DNA from: Bigelowiella natans CCMP2755
Taxonomy: Eukaryota; Protista; Cercozoa
Length of the DNA: 64,000 nt
NCBI GenBank assembly: GCA_000320545.1
Contig: ADNK01000825.1
Coordinates: 67,031 to 131,030, forward strand
Direction of reading: 5' to 3'
This document shows, piece by piece, positions 26,656 through 38,405 of the stretch. The notes under the pieces were generated by a model. The model saw nothing but the letters and a program-made list of their open reading frames with translations, was not told the origin of the DNA and made no database searches. The position numbers and the translations under genes are program-made. Position 1 is the stretch's first letter; each line of letters starts with the position of its first letter.

Positions 26656-29020
26656 CAGTGATCTTGATGATAGTGGTAGGTTGTTTTTCCCTGCCTTCCT
26701 GAGCTCGGCGTGGTCCCGAGTCCTCGTCCAAGTGCTCCGAGCTTACAAGAAGAGCAAGAAAACAGGCAAATCAAATATTTATAGTTGTGGTTTTGGCTCG
26801 CCTAAAGAGAAAGACGGCGATTACTTCCAAAATATCGACAAACGGAACTTGCTTCTATGCAAAGCACTAGCGCTCCGGCTGGCACGCATCGCTCACATTC
26901 GATCGGTGCGCTTCTCCCGCAAAACCCTTAGCGATATCCGCGAGATTGTGGAGCGGATGAAGACGCGCTCGGCTGTTGTCTATGCATGCGTCGAAATATT
27001 GGCTGCCCGTCATCTCTACGGCAATAATAGCGGCAATGGGGGATCTAGTAGCAGCAGTAGCAGCAGTGTATTGCCGCCCTCTCCATCTAGCATATCCCCC
27101 CCCGCTTATATCGTGCGGGTCGCCAAGTTCATACGAATAGGCAAGATTCTCCTGAACACCCGGATGGCAAGTAAGCTGAGGAATCTCCCCGAAGAATATG
27201 CCACAGCTTCCGCTCCTAAGCACAATGATCACAAGAATAATAGTTCCTCTACACTCCCTGGCTCCGGTTTCAGCGGTCTCAGCGGTTTCGGCACCGGTTT
27301 CGCCTCGACGTCGACGATTCCTAGCAGCGGGGGCAGCGGAAATGCGAAGGAGAAAAAGAAGCAACAGGATAGTGCTGGGGCAGCGCTACGGACCTATAGC
27401 TTTGAAGATGATTTGCAGCTAATAAAGCGTAGCGGTCATAATGCGACATCTTCATTGGACATGAAGAGACTGAAGCAACTGCAGCACTGCGCTAGTATTC
27501 TTCAGGAAATTTGGCCGCTGATCAATACCACGCTCCCAAGGTGTGCTCTACTATTAGTGCTATTAGTAGAAGTAGAGTAGCAGTAGCAGTAGTAGTAGTA
27601 GTAGTAGTAGTAACAGCAGTTTTGCGTTTTTCATCATGTATTATCGTAGCTGGATAGCGATGGCAGAAGCTAGAGCATCTATGCAGCACTAACGTGAACA
27701 AATTTAGTGAATATAGGAACTCCTGCGCGCGGGCACAAGAAAATATACATTATCTTCATGATCACCGTTTCTCCTTCTTCTTCTTCTTCTTCTTCTTCTT
27801 CTTCTTCTTCACGATGCAGGGGTGCGTCGATTCTGAGCGACATGGCACGTGATCTTCGTTGGTTGATTCCCTTCGCCACTCGCACCCAGTACTGGAAACC
27901 GCAAAATGAGGTGTCGCGCGCCATGCTCGAGATTCTGCTGGATCGTGGCAAAGCAAGGAAATGGATGGCAGAAACAACATCGCAACATAACTCATCCTCC
28001 TCATCCCCCTCCTTCCCCTCTAGCGATTCACAGTCGCATGCACAATCATCACCATCATCATCTTCTTCTTCTTCATCATCACGCATGTCCTTGCGGTCCT
28101 CCGATTCTCTGTTCGAGCAGCTCTATCGTAAGATCATGCACTGGTAGTCGCCTCTCCTCCTCCAAACTACTTACAGTACAGTATTAAGTAGCAGCAGCAG
28201 CAGCAGCAGCAGCAGCGGGGGTGGTAGATGAGATGGTAGAATCAGTGAGATTGGCAGGCCGAACGGTGTCAAATTTTGATGTTTATTCTGGCAACCTATT
28301 CTCGTCTCGCAGTGTCTTGCTGCAAGTTTATTTAGTTGTTTGCTGCCCCACCACAGGCCGGCTCGATCTTACCGTGTGAGCAGGCACGTCCGGATATTTA
28401 AAGTGAATCTTAGCTTCCACCAATCTCCCCCCCCCCCCCCCTTTTTTCCACCTCTTCTTCTTGCTTCTCCTCATACCTCCTACGTTGCAATATTTTAATG
28501 GACCGTCTAGTATCATACTTAAATTTCATCCTCACTCCCTCCCCCCCCCCTCCTCAGGTAAGATTTGTGGGAGAAGGCGGTATAGATAGTGGAGGGCTGT
28601 ATAGAGAATGCTTCTCGGAGATATGCAAGGAGCTCATGAACCCCGCGCTGGGGATCCTTATCCCTTGTCCTAACTCGAAGGTAGTAGTAGTAGTAGTATT
28701 AGTAACAAAACACACATCAGGCACATATGCTACTACAACTACCACTACTACTAAGACTATCACTCTTTCCAACCCAACTATTGTTATATCGATGTGGTAT
28801 CTTTGTCAATGTGGTGGTCTCTCAAATCCCCCCTCCTCCTTTCGACCTCTTCCTCTTATCTCCCGTGCAGAATGACGCAGGGCGGAACCGCGATACTTTC
28901 GTACCCGCGCCTTCAAAAGCGATGCAGAAGTTCCGGTTTCTGGGCCGTCTGATGGGGCTTGCTCTGCGTAGCGGCGAGTTGCTGTCCTTGCGAATGGCTC
29001 CTGCGGTATTATCATTATTA

Positions 29021-29060
<40 letters not shown>

Positions 29061-29612
29061 GACGGGGCACCACACCGCTGCCACCACAACAAGTCACCAC
29101 CGCCGCGAGTGAGGAGAAGAAGCATCTTTACTTTAGCTGGCTGCCCTGCCGAAATTTATACACTGTCGTGTAAGCGCATATGGTGGTGATTGTGAGGCTT
29201 CAATGTCGTATGGATTTCATCTGAGGCAGTCTTCATCCTCTCTCTCCCCTCCTCTTATCCCCATCCTCACCATCATCACCATCATCATCACCATCGTCAT
29301 CATCATCATCATTATCTCTGCCATGATCCAGGTGTGGAAAGAGCTCACGTTGCAAGCCGTCACTAAGGAGGACATGAGGGGCGTTGACGTGCTGTCATTT
29401 GGCATGATAGATGGCATGCGGAACACGAAGTCGAAGGAGATGTTTGACCATACATTTGATGACGAGGTGTTCGCTGGGTTGCGGACGGACAGCAAACGCT
29501 GCCCACTGGTGCCGCACGGAACAAGAATCCCGGTCACTTTCTCGAGGCGACTCACGTATGCTTCATATCTCTACGCTTTCCGGAAGCATGAGTTTACCGC
29601 ACAGGTGTGTTT

Positions 29613-29666
<54 letters not shown>

Positions 29667-30586
29667 TGTGCGCGCGCGCGTAAGGAGGGGGGGAGGGGAG
29701 GAGGCGTGTTCGAACAGTGCAGCAGATAGATAGCCAAGGATAGTGAAATAATGACGATGCATGATGATATCGGTGTCTATACTATCCAGATTTCTGCGAT
29801 GAGAATGGGCCTTGCAGAGGTTGTCCCTAAGACTGCTCTTGTCCTATTCGATGGGGCGGAATTGCAGGTGGGGTCTCCAGTATGCAGTGATAAAAAAAGA
29901 AGAAGAAGAGGGGGACTCGCTAGGGAGGAAGAAGAAGGGGAATACAATACTAAGGCTGTGAAGATGTTTTCAATAGGATACCGCACCATCCGATGCAACA
30001 CTCTGCACTGTTTATTGATTCTTCCCCACTTCCAAAAATTTCAAAATATATATATTTGTATACGTAATAGATGTGAGCAATAATAATTTGCTGACGGGTT
30101 TGAATTTTTGTTATCCTTGGCCATATCCTTGGACAACAAATGTCATCGCCGTTTTTGGTTGGGAATGATATTTTATAAAATAATTTTCTCCCAAATTTTC
30201 TGTCTTTCTTATGCACATTCATAGAAAGCTGTGTGCGGAGAGACTATCATCGACTTGGAGGTCTTAAAACGCCACACAACGTACGAAGGCTACTCAGGCC
30301 TTGAGCCTGTCGTCCAGTTCTTCTGGCAGGTGAGATGTGAATGGGGAACATGATAATGGGTTTGATAATACCGATGAGCGGAAATCATTGAAGCATGCCG
30401 TAGCCTGGTGATGGTTTATTGATATGGTTCTCTGCCTTGTTTACTCATGTGCGGCTTTACATTCAACAAGGCCTTGAGGAGATTTGACAACGATCTGCGC
30501 GTCAAGTTCTTGCAGTTTGTATGGGGAAGGTCCCGACTTCCGCAAAACGAATCCATGTGGGAAACTAGCATGAGGGTACTTTGGTC

Positions 30587-30655
<69 letters not shown>

Positions 30656-30910
30656 GTTATTGTTGCAGTGGTGATAACGCAGCGCCAATCATCTCACATG
30701 TCCCCGTGCTACGTGGTCTCCCTCTTACTCGATTCTCGATTATCATCGTAGGTTCATTCTTGCGGCGGGGCACGTAATCCGGACGCGCGCCTTCCCCTCT
30801 CTCACACTTGTTTCTTCCAAATAGATTTACCCAGGTACACAAATGCCGAAGCCTGTTACAACAAACTCAAGATAGCCGTGGAAGAAACTGGAACGTTCGA
30901 AATGGGCTAA
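3535..30910 (+). CDS. Giant multi-exon HECT-type E3 ubiquitin ligase (HERC1/HECTD4-like), roughly 6000-7000 aa by rough estimate
   Basis: In-frame splicing was traced from ATG 3535 through exons starting at 3744, 3932, 4224, 4374 and 4511 into ORF 4539, then along a chain of long + ORFs; not every internal junction was checked. HERC1/HECTD4-like motifs: ALAALFWCYMLFGRLNDLLFLV and LHILGGGFDVITEGSQVVV. C-terminal HECT domain ends ...SHTCFFQIDLPRY...TGTFEMG* (TAA 30908-30910). Confidence 0.85.
5055..5255 (+). other. RRM-like domain within the HECT ligase
   Basis: TVIELQLTQLAATSEEIKLALSFYGEVVCVK...MWTVKFCSPESAAMAAREIP matches the RRM pattern (..eei...ls.yGev..vk...VkF..pesA..A). Confidence 0.55.
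6890..7007. repeat. Compound (CT)n(GT)n intronic microsatellite, representative of dozens of (GA)n, (GT)n, (TA)n, (CAT)n and (GTA)n tracts in introns across the window
   Basis: Directly visible. Similar tracts at 7535, 11727, 13000, 17885, 18170, 19430, 24780, 29620, 30590, 38310, 43765, 46211, 46930, 59590 and 63895. Confidence 0.95.
15013..15839 (+). repeat. Three near-identical AT-rich introns (15013-15189, 15421-15596, 15663-15839) with duplicated GGFGSSSSNSGG-coding exon flanks
   Basis: Each intron begins GTAACTCTGCACTTAC and ends AAATTCCTCTTGATTGCAG. Lengths are 177/176/177 nt. Copies 1 and 3 differ at only about two positions. Confidence 0.95.
15190..15420 (+). other. Exon encoding a CCCH zinc finger flanked by FG/WG motifs (part of the HECT gene)
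   Basis: GGFGSSSNSRRL-CLFFKNTGTCRYGVNCHFSH is C-x8-C-x5-C-x3-H. The exon is 231 nt, phase 1/1. Confidence 0.85.
17377..17781 (+). other. LamG/concanavalin A-like beta-sandwich segment of the HECT ligase; a second, weaker one lies near 23085-23300
   Basis: ATFSMCVWL...EAWYHISVNI...LAVFVNG|EQYG is a typical LamG_3-like pattern. The second segment reads HRVIILL...VAVQVND...LRVGGFGVLIHSLTL. Confidence 0.55.
19694..20832 (+). repeat. Coding minisatellite exon: about 15-16 copies of a 57-bp unit (plus shorter variants) encoding GGGSSSGGFGSGFGGGGNT, an FG-repeat domain
   Basis: Unit: GGCGGTGGCTCTAGCTCCGGCGGTTTTGGCTCTGGCTTCGGCGGTGGTGGAAACACC. The acceptor CTGAC...TAG at 19693 is in phase with the donor at 19420. 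The donor at 20833 is in phase with the acceptor at 21833. The ORF track misses this frame because it has no start codon. Confidence 0.9.
24105..24330 (+). other. UBA-like helical domain(s) in the HECT ligase
   Basis: KVKLLRAWSGLPLSWCAFALHMSQGDLASASSWLL, followed by a second GYSVMRCFEAV helix. Confidence 0.5.
28357..30910 (+). other. HECT catalytic domain split over about 8 exons
   Basis: VRFVGEGGIDSGGLYRECF; FRFLGRLMGLALRS; LVPHGTRIPVTF; AVCGETIIDLEVLKRHTTY; VVQFFWQAL; KFLQFVWGRSRLP; LPLSHTCFFQIDLPRY with the catalytic Cys intact. Confidence 0.95.
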
Positions 30911-31846
30911 CGTGTTAGATCGATCTAACTTGTTTTTGCATGTTATTGATACGATTATACGATATCCTGGCATCAGGCTATAAACACATCATCATGCTTT
31001 AAGTATGACGCCATACCTGCTAAAATAGCAGAATGTGCTCAATCTATCGCAGATAACAAGAATACACATGACAAAACAGCATTGCGTGTAAATGTTAGTC
31101 TACTAGCTGCGCAACGTGGTCTTATTGCATGAATTATATAGAGCGCGTGTTGAGGGGCTCTGTATGGCGGTAAAACGCTGCCATCATCAAGTTTATACAT
31201 CACTTACGATACACTGTGCATTTAAACAATAACATTAACATGTACATCTCTAAGGTCTTGCACGGTCAGATGGTGTGCGCGCATACCTACGTACACTTAT
31301 ATGTGCACGTGCATAGTTGAACACATCATTGGCATACGCTAGCTAGTACGCCATATGATGGGAAATAGCCATGTAGACGATACACGCAAGAAAGCGGTAG
31401 CTAGCGCCATGTGATACACATGCATATATGCTAGAAGAGCATTAGATAATACTAAGCGAATAATAATGAAGATGTTCCTAACACAGCATCTATAGTTATT
31501 CACATATCCATGCACACACACACTATAACATACATGCATGCATGCATGCATATGCACTCCAAATCACCAACAACTGTGCTCATTGCACGTGGACAGATGA
31601 AAGTCTGACTTATTATGTACGTTGAATTGATGATTCATATTACAAACAAAAGCCAATTGATAGGAGATGCTTATCACCAATTCATTGCTAGCTGGGAAGA
31701 TAAGAAGTGCTTGTTACATTACTCGCTGCTGGGTTCCTAAAAACAAATATTTCAAATAGCACTTCAGTACTTTGGTTCAAAAACCTGTCTAGATCTATCT
31801 GTTCATTTGTGGCAAAAATTGTTTCAGTGGGATATGTATAGGCCGC

Positions 31847-32096
31847 TCACTCTTTCTTTTTCTTGGCCATCTCCTCTCGAAGCCTCTGCTGCATCATCAG
31901 CTGTTGCGTGGCTTTCAGTGACAGATCCATTCTTGCTTCACATTGTGCGGCCAGTTTGACATTTTGAAGTGTTGGAATAGTTTCCCGTGCCGTGTTGATG
32001 TAATTCTGCACGAATATCTTGCTGAGATTCTGGATATGCCAGAAACGAGCGCGACACTCCTATTTAATAGAATATCAAATTTGTAAGAATTCCTGC

Positions 32097-32139
<43 letters not shown>

Positions 32140-32845
32140 ATAAAATCAAGGTTCCGAGCTCCAGCCCAATCGACTACTACCTCTGGAGTGTGGTGCACAA
32201 TGTTTGAAATATAACTCCAGTTCTCCGTGCCGTATCTCAGAACGTAGCTCAAGACAACCTAAACATCGTCAACGTCGTCGTCATCGTTGTCATCGTAACA
32301 TCAGAGTAGATGGTAGATTGGCATTAGAATGGATCAATAACAGAAGTGCTACCACCTACTACCACAATTTTCTCGATCTCTCTCTCTCTCTCTCTTTAAC
32401 TTTCACACGCACACACACACACACACGCACTTCATACTTACCAATGTTTGCTCCAAAGTCCAGCCTTCTATTGCGAAATATTTCTCGTAATGGCCTCGGT
32501 CAAAGGAAGACATTCCAAGCAACGCATAGTTCCACTGATGATGAGATCATCGATAATGGCACAACAAGAATATGACCAAAAGAGAAGAAAAAGACAGCTG
32601 GTTAGTGCGAGGAGGTTTGGATTTTTTTGATGCAAGAATGGCCATCCATAAGCAATCAAATGAGTCGCCAGCACCATAGGCTGAATCGTCTTTCAAATAT
32701 CACAGCGGCACATACATGCCTCCACACACGACATCATCATACTACTACTTTTCAAAATGGATACAAGTATGAAAGCTACTACTACCTCAATAACAACAGC
32801 AACAACAAACACAAGTTCAGCTACTACTACTGCTGCTGCTGCTAC

Positions 32846-32876
<31 letters not shown>

Positions 32877-35361
32877 AACGACGACGACTACTTCTACCGG
32901 TCCATTGGGCGTTTGAACCATGATCGCTTGGCCCACTTTCATAGGAGTGCCGCACGAGCTGCTGTCGACAGAGGGGTTCATCTCACAACACCATCGCTGC
33001 GCTTTTCCCGGCATGTCGCAAGTGCTGATGGCTTCCGATGTGATGAATTGCCGCCAATTGCCACACTTGGAGCACTGAACCGCAACCTCAGCTAAGAAGA
33101 AATTTCCATTAATTTTCGCGGGTCTATCCATGAAAAGCGGGGAGATTGGCGTTGGGAGGACGTCTGGGCTCGGAATGCCCGGGATTGATGCGAGCTTTGC
33201 TTCCGAAGAACCAGAGGATGCCGCCCCCATTACGGAGAGGTTGGGCGCATTAGCCGCCAATGTGGCAAGATTGCTCTCGATCCGCCTGTAAGACAACTTT
33301 GTCGTCGACAGAGAAGAACAGAACAGAAAGATAGACACACGCAACATATTTCAGCAAGGACAGTTTGTCAGTATTATCAGCATATCATTTTTCTCATCAT
33401 GTGGAAAGTGGAAGGGAGGTGGGTAGAGCAAAAGGGCTGCTATTCCCGCCCCACGACCGGCATCACAAGAAAAACAGGGTTTACAATATCGGAAAATTAG
33501 TTCAGCTCCAATAATATAAGAGACTTTTCCTATTTCTTCTTCTTCCTTGATTTCAGTAACGCTTCTACGAATAATAATACCTTTGGCATACTGATAGGCA
33601 TGTCAGCGGGCTTTCGTTTCCGCGGCCCATATGGCCCCCTTTCAAACAGAAAAACGGAAAGGAGGAAGGAAGTCGCGGTGAGAATGCAAATTGACCCAAG
33701 CAATCATCATAGCAGCAATAGCTGGTTAATATCATCCTCACCGTTGCTTTCTTGGCCGGCCAGGACCGGGTGGTTTGCCTAGTGTACTGACGAGTCGGTC
33801 AAACAAGTCCTGATAATAGAGGTACGTCTCGCCTTTATAGATAAATGAGACGCCAGACCTGAAGTTGCATTACAATACAACAATTCACATTCACCATCGT
33901 CGGGATTTATTGAACACAGAGTGGCTACCCTTCCATATTACAATGAGCGCGAATTAGAGCCTCTGTTTCCGGGATCTGAGAGTTTTGGGTAGAAATAAGA
34001 TACAGATACAAGATAGTTTTCCTTATGAACAAATGATCAGGAAGCAATGTTGTGGTCAGTTAAAGTCGATGGTATAATTTTACATTTTTTGTTTTGAGGA
34101 GCCTTGTGTTAATGGAAAGGCTCTGATGGGAGTTGCAGCAGCAATAGCAGCAATAGTCAGCAGCAGATCAGAGAAGAGGATACAGAGGACAGATACTTAC
34201 CCCATCCCTATCAAACCACTTGTACATGGAGAAATCGTGGCTACCGAACTTATACGATATGTACATATCGGTCAAGGGAGTCCTCACTCCTTGGTCCTCA
34301 GCCTCCTGCGGGCTCTGTCACAAGATAATGATATGGCTTTAATCGTGGTCTTGCACATACATCCTCTTTCCATTAACGCATGCTACCATTTTTAATGCCT
34401 CTTTAATGAAGAAAGCTCTCAGCGGATTGTTTTTCCTTCCTGTTATCACTTCACGGGCCTGATAGTCATGATGCATTTTTTCAAAAGAGAACTGGAAAAA
34501 ATGTTTATGGTGTTCGGAGGACCTTGAATATGGGCCCACCTTCAATCGAGTAGTTATACCAAAAGGCTTTGGTGTGGCTACTTCTCTTTTTTGTAATATC
34601 CTTTTCAACGAAGAAATCCACGTATAAGCATTTTCGACAGCTTAAAAATGGGTACGTTCCCACAATGAATTTGGTCAGAGGTAAGGCGTACCGTGAAAAA
34701 GGGGATAATGATCAATCTCGACTTCGGAACTCTGAATTGATTGTGCGTCTTAAATCTTTCCCAGCAACTGTTATGAGTGTGAAATAGATTAGAAGTTATG
34801 TTAAATCAATAGAGTTTGTCTCTTTCTCACAAGCCTTTCTAATTTCATTTCATTACTTTTCACAGATGCCTCTATCTCCGGCAAACAACGAGTGTTTAAG
34901 GAGGCCTTCACCAGCAGTTGCCTTGTGTACCTGCAGAATAATGCTATCGATATTAACTCGGGAAAAGCTGTGCAATCTAATCACCAAATTCTAGTAAAAC
35001 GCAGTTATTTCTTTCATGTATGTGTGTTACCCAGCATTCAAAGTTCGGATTTGACATTTCCTTCTGATGTTAGCGCAGGTTTTTTTCAGATACAATTTTG
35101 CGAAAGAAAATAAATTTAGATGCGAAAACTACAGGTAAATCTACATTGAATTAAGGTTTGGCATCGGCGATCGAGTGTCACCTTTGATCTGATGGCCCTT
35201 GCAAGGTAAGCCGCCCTTTCGTTCATGTCTTCGCTGTCCCCAGTAATGCCGTGAAGCATGATCAGTTGATCTATGAGCTTCAACTCCTTATCTTCACCCT
35301 TCTTCCGGGAGGTGGAGGGCGGGCCCTCCGCGCGCTGCTCCTTGTCCTCCTTTCCCTCCAT
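31847..35361 (-). CDS. Multi-exon chromatin-associated protein: AT-hook + CW-type zinc finger + SANT/Myb domain
   Basis: AT-hook-like KPPGPGRPRKQR (33779-33742). CW finger VQCSKCGNWR...WCCEMNP...SC (33080-32950). Spliced SANT GWTLEQTL|VVLSYVLRYGTENWSYISNIVHHTPE|ECRARFWHI. Likely start MEGKEDKE at 35361; the 5' exon joins are less certain. Confidence 0.75.
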
Positions 35362-35631
35362 TTTTCTGTTCCGCGAAGGTCATACTCAAGATCACATAGG
35401 GTTTTACTGCTGCGTCATCAAAATGGGTGAGTCGCAGAGGAAAACTCGAAAATACGACAACCACGAAGGGAAGAAATGCAGAAATGGGAATTCATCAGTT
35501 CGGAAGAGGATTGTGTTCTATGTCGCAGTTTGAAAATGCCATGCATTTGCGATCGAAAATTGTCACTTGGCTGACATCCGATTTGCCTCGGCGAAGGAAG
35601 ATACGCTGCCCCCCCTTTCAGGACAGCGGGG

Positions 35632-36686
35632 ATGAGCAAGGTGAAGTATCGGTTTCTTCGATACACAGACCTGAGCATAAGTGCTCATGGGGTGGCTGTG
35701 GATGGGGAAGGCGTACCAACTTTACATCCGGTCGTGAACCCAGCTGTCTCACGATGCTCTTTTGACTTGGAAGAGAAACTTCTAGCTGCCATAGAAAAGA
35801 AGCAAAAGGAGAGGCTCTTGGCGGAACAGAAAAAAAAAGAGGAAGAAGAGCGTATAAGACGATTGAGTAAAGAGGAAGAGAGGAGGAAGCAAGAGGAGGA
35901 AAAGAAAGCTGCATTAGAAAAGAAAAAAGCGATAGAAGATAAGACGAAATTAAATACCATTCCCACTACTTCGGCTGCTGCTGTTTCCGTCATACCCAGC
36001 GGCACAGCGAAACCAACTGGGACTCCAATTACAGTAGAACCCGTTAGAGTCCTAAGTTCAGAGCTAGATCCTACTGTTCCAATCGTTCAGGTTTGAGTTG
36101 CATTTCACTTTGAATCATATGAATGCTTCTGCCAAAACACACACACACACACACACACACACATAAATATGTATATGCTTTCGTTTTAGGTGCAGGTGAT
36201 GCCGTTACCAAGTACTTCTACGAGCAAAGTCGTAACAGCAACAGCTTCCTCCTCGGTTGCAGTGACGGTAAAAAAATCCTCAGTTGTCGCTTCAAAACCG
36301 GTAACAATCAATACCGGAGACCCAGAAGAAAAGAGCTTGAATCAAGACCAGAAGAAATCCTTGGATACATTCCTCAGTATTCTCAACTATAACGATCGCA
36401 AGAAGGCTATTCAGCTTCTAGAATTCACAAACTGGGACGTCAGCGTACGTAGCACCAACGTAACCTAAAAAAACGATGTCGGACTGACTCTCTGAATTTG
36501 CTTATATAGAGGGCAATGGACAACTTCTATTCCCATCAAGGGAATATAGACATGATTCTTGCCGGCAATGAACATAACGGCAGGGTGTGAAACTTGATGT
36601 ATATGTTGTTCTCTTTCACTAAGAATCTCACTCAAAAACGTTCTATTTGATATGAGCAGGTAGGATCCCCAAAGTCTCCGTCATGA
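35632..36686 (+). CDS. UBA-like domain protein with a coiled coil and a possible N-terminal UMA motif (UBAP1/MVB12-like)
   Basis: ORFs 35632 and 36190 splice together. C-terminal QKKSLDTFLSILNYNDRKKAIQLLEFTNWDVS|RAMDNFY is UBA-like. The stop is at 36590, or at 36686 via a small final exon. Confidence 0.65.
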
Positions 36687-37572
36687 AATTACCTCTAATA
36701 TGCACCTAGTAATGAGCAATTAGGAAACTAGTTACCTATTTTAGGGGAGAGTAACAATTATTTGATGACTCCTAAAGTTGGAAGACAAAATATTAACGCA
36801 GCCATGCCTCATACTTGCAGCCGCATGATTCATGTGCAACAGCTGACTGCAGGCAGCACTCACAATTGCATGTGCACAGACAATAGTACAGGTAATCTAT
36901 AGTAATTAATACATCGCAGAATCGTAGGCTTCTGAATCACTTGCATACATGTAAAACCTCTGTGCATAGCTAGATAGTATCATCCTAAATCATATATAGC
37001 GCTAGCAGAGCGTGCTAGCGTGGAAAAGTTGCACCTGATGCGATGCAATCGATTATTATATATTGTGTATTGCATGTCTATCATATTGCATCATATGAAT
37101 ATATGAATAAATGGCCGTGAGAAAATGGCACACGTACATTGATACCGCCAAGCCAACGGCAGATTATGCATTATTCCTTCGTATTTGTGTCAATACAATT
37201 TGCTGTACATGGCTAGCTAGCTAGATGGGAGAAATTACAGCGGATGTTCAACATAGCTTTGACATACATCTATAGCATGCACCACATCATTTCAGGAACC
37301 AACAAACGCAACATAAGCGCTGTAGCCGCCGCTCTGCATAGCTACGTTAGGATGACCATTGAAAAAATGAAATTATTTCATTACATCCGTCTCATACATC
37401 TAGAGTATATGGAGCACCGTGCTAGCGTGGCATATCTAGATATACCCATAGCCTAGTCATGGCAAGTGCAACAGGCATAATAGTAATCACTGCATCATCA
37501 AAGCATGTCGAATTATGCTTATTCTCGAGTCCAGAGATGTTTCTATTTGGTAAGATGCGAGTTATCTGATGC

Positions 37573-38335
37573 CTAGAACGGCGGTGGAGGTGGAGGTGGA
37601 GGTGGAGGTGGAGGTGGAGGTGGAGGTGGAGGTGGAGGCGGTGAAAAGGGAATTGAAGATGGTGAGATTCTACTCTCTGAGTTCGATATAGGAAAGGGGG
37701 GAGGCGGTGGCACATTCGATTGCTGTGCCCTGAGTTGATCCGAAACCGGAAGATCGTGTGAGCCTCTAGACGTTGACATACATTCCTCATCATCTCGCCG
37801 ATGATATCCATTTTGTGGCAGCTCCCTTCCAAAGCTGCTGCGGGACACAACATCGTTCTTTCTTCGGAAGCTTACACTCCCACCTGACCCGGCATTATGG
37901 TCGTGGCTTCCATCGAAATTTCGATATTTTGGCTCACCTCTGTTGAATCTGGGCTGCTGCTGCTGCTGTTTCTGTCGATCCGTAAGGCCACGAGGCTCAG
38001 AAAATCGTTGTTCGTACGTCTCAGGTCTTCTAAACCTCCCGCGCCTGAAATGATCTCCTTGGTTCTGTTTAGATTCTGCAAGTAATCTGCTGTCTCTGCT
38101 GCTAGAGGAAGCTCCAAGTGGGGGTCTTCCAAAGGGACCACGGAAACCTCCCCTCTTCCAGTCCTGTCTATCTCCAAAACGACGATCTGAATATTCATCA
38201 GCATCCTCCGGCTTAGATTGACGAGGGCTGGTTCCAAACGGGTCCACGTCGTCAGAGTCACCGTCCTGTCAAGAGAACTGCTTAAATAATGCTACTTCCT
38301 CTACAACGATGATGATGATGATGATGATGATGATG

Positions 38336-38405
<70 letters not shown>

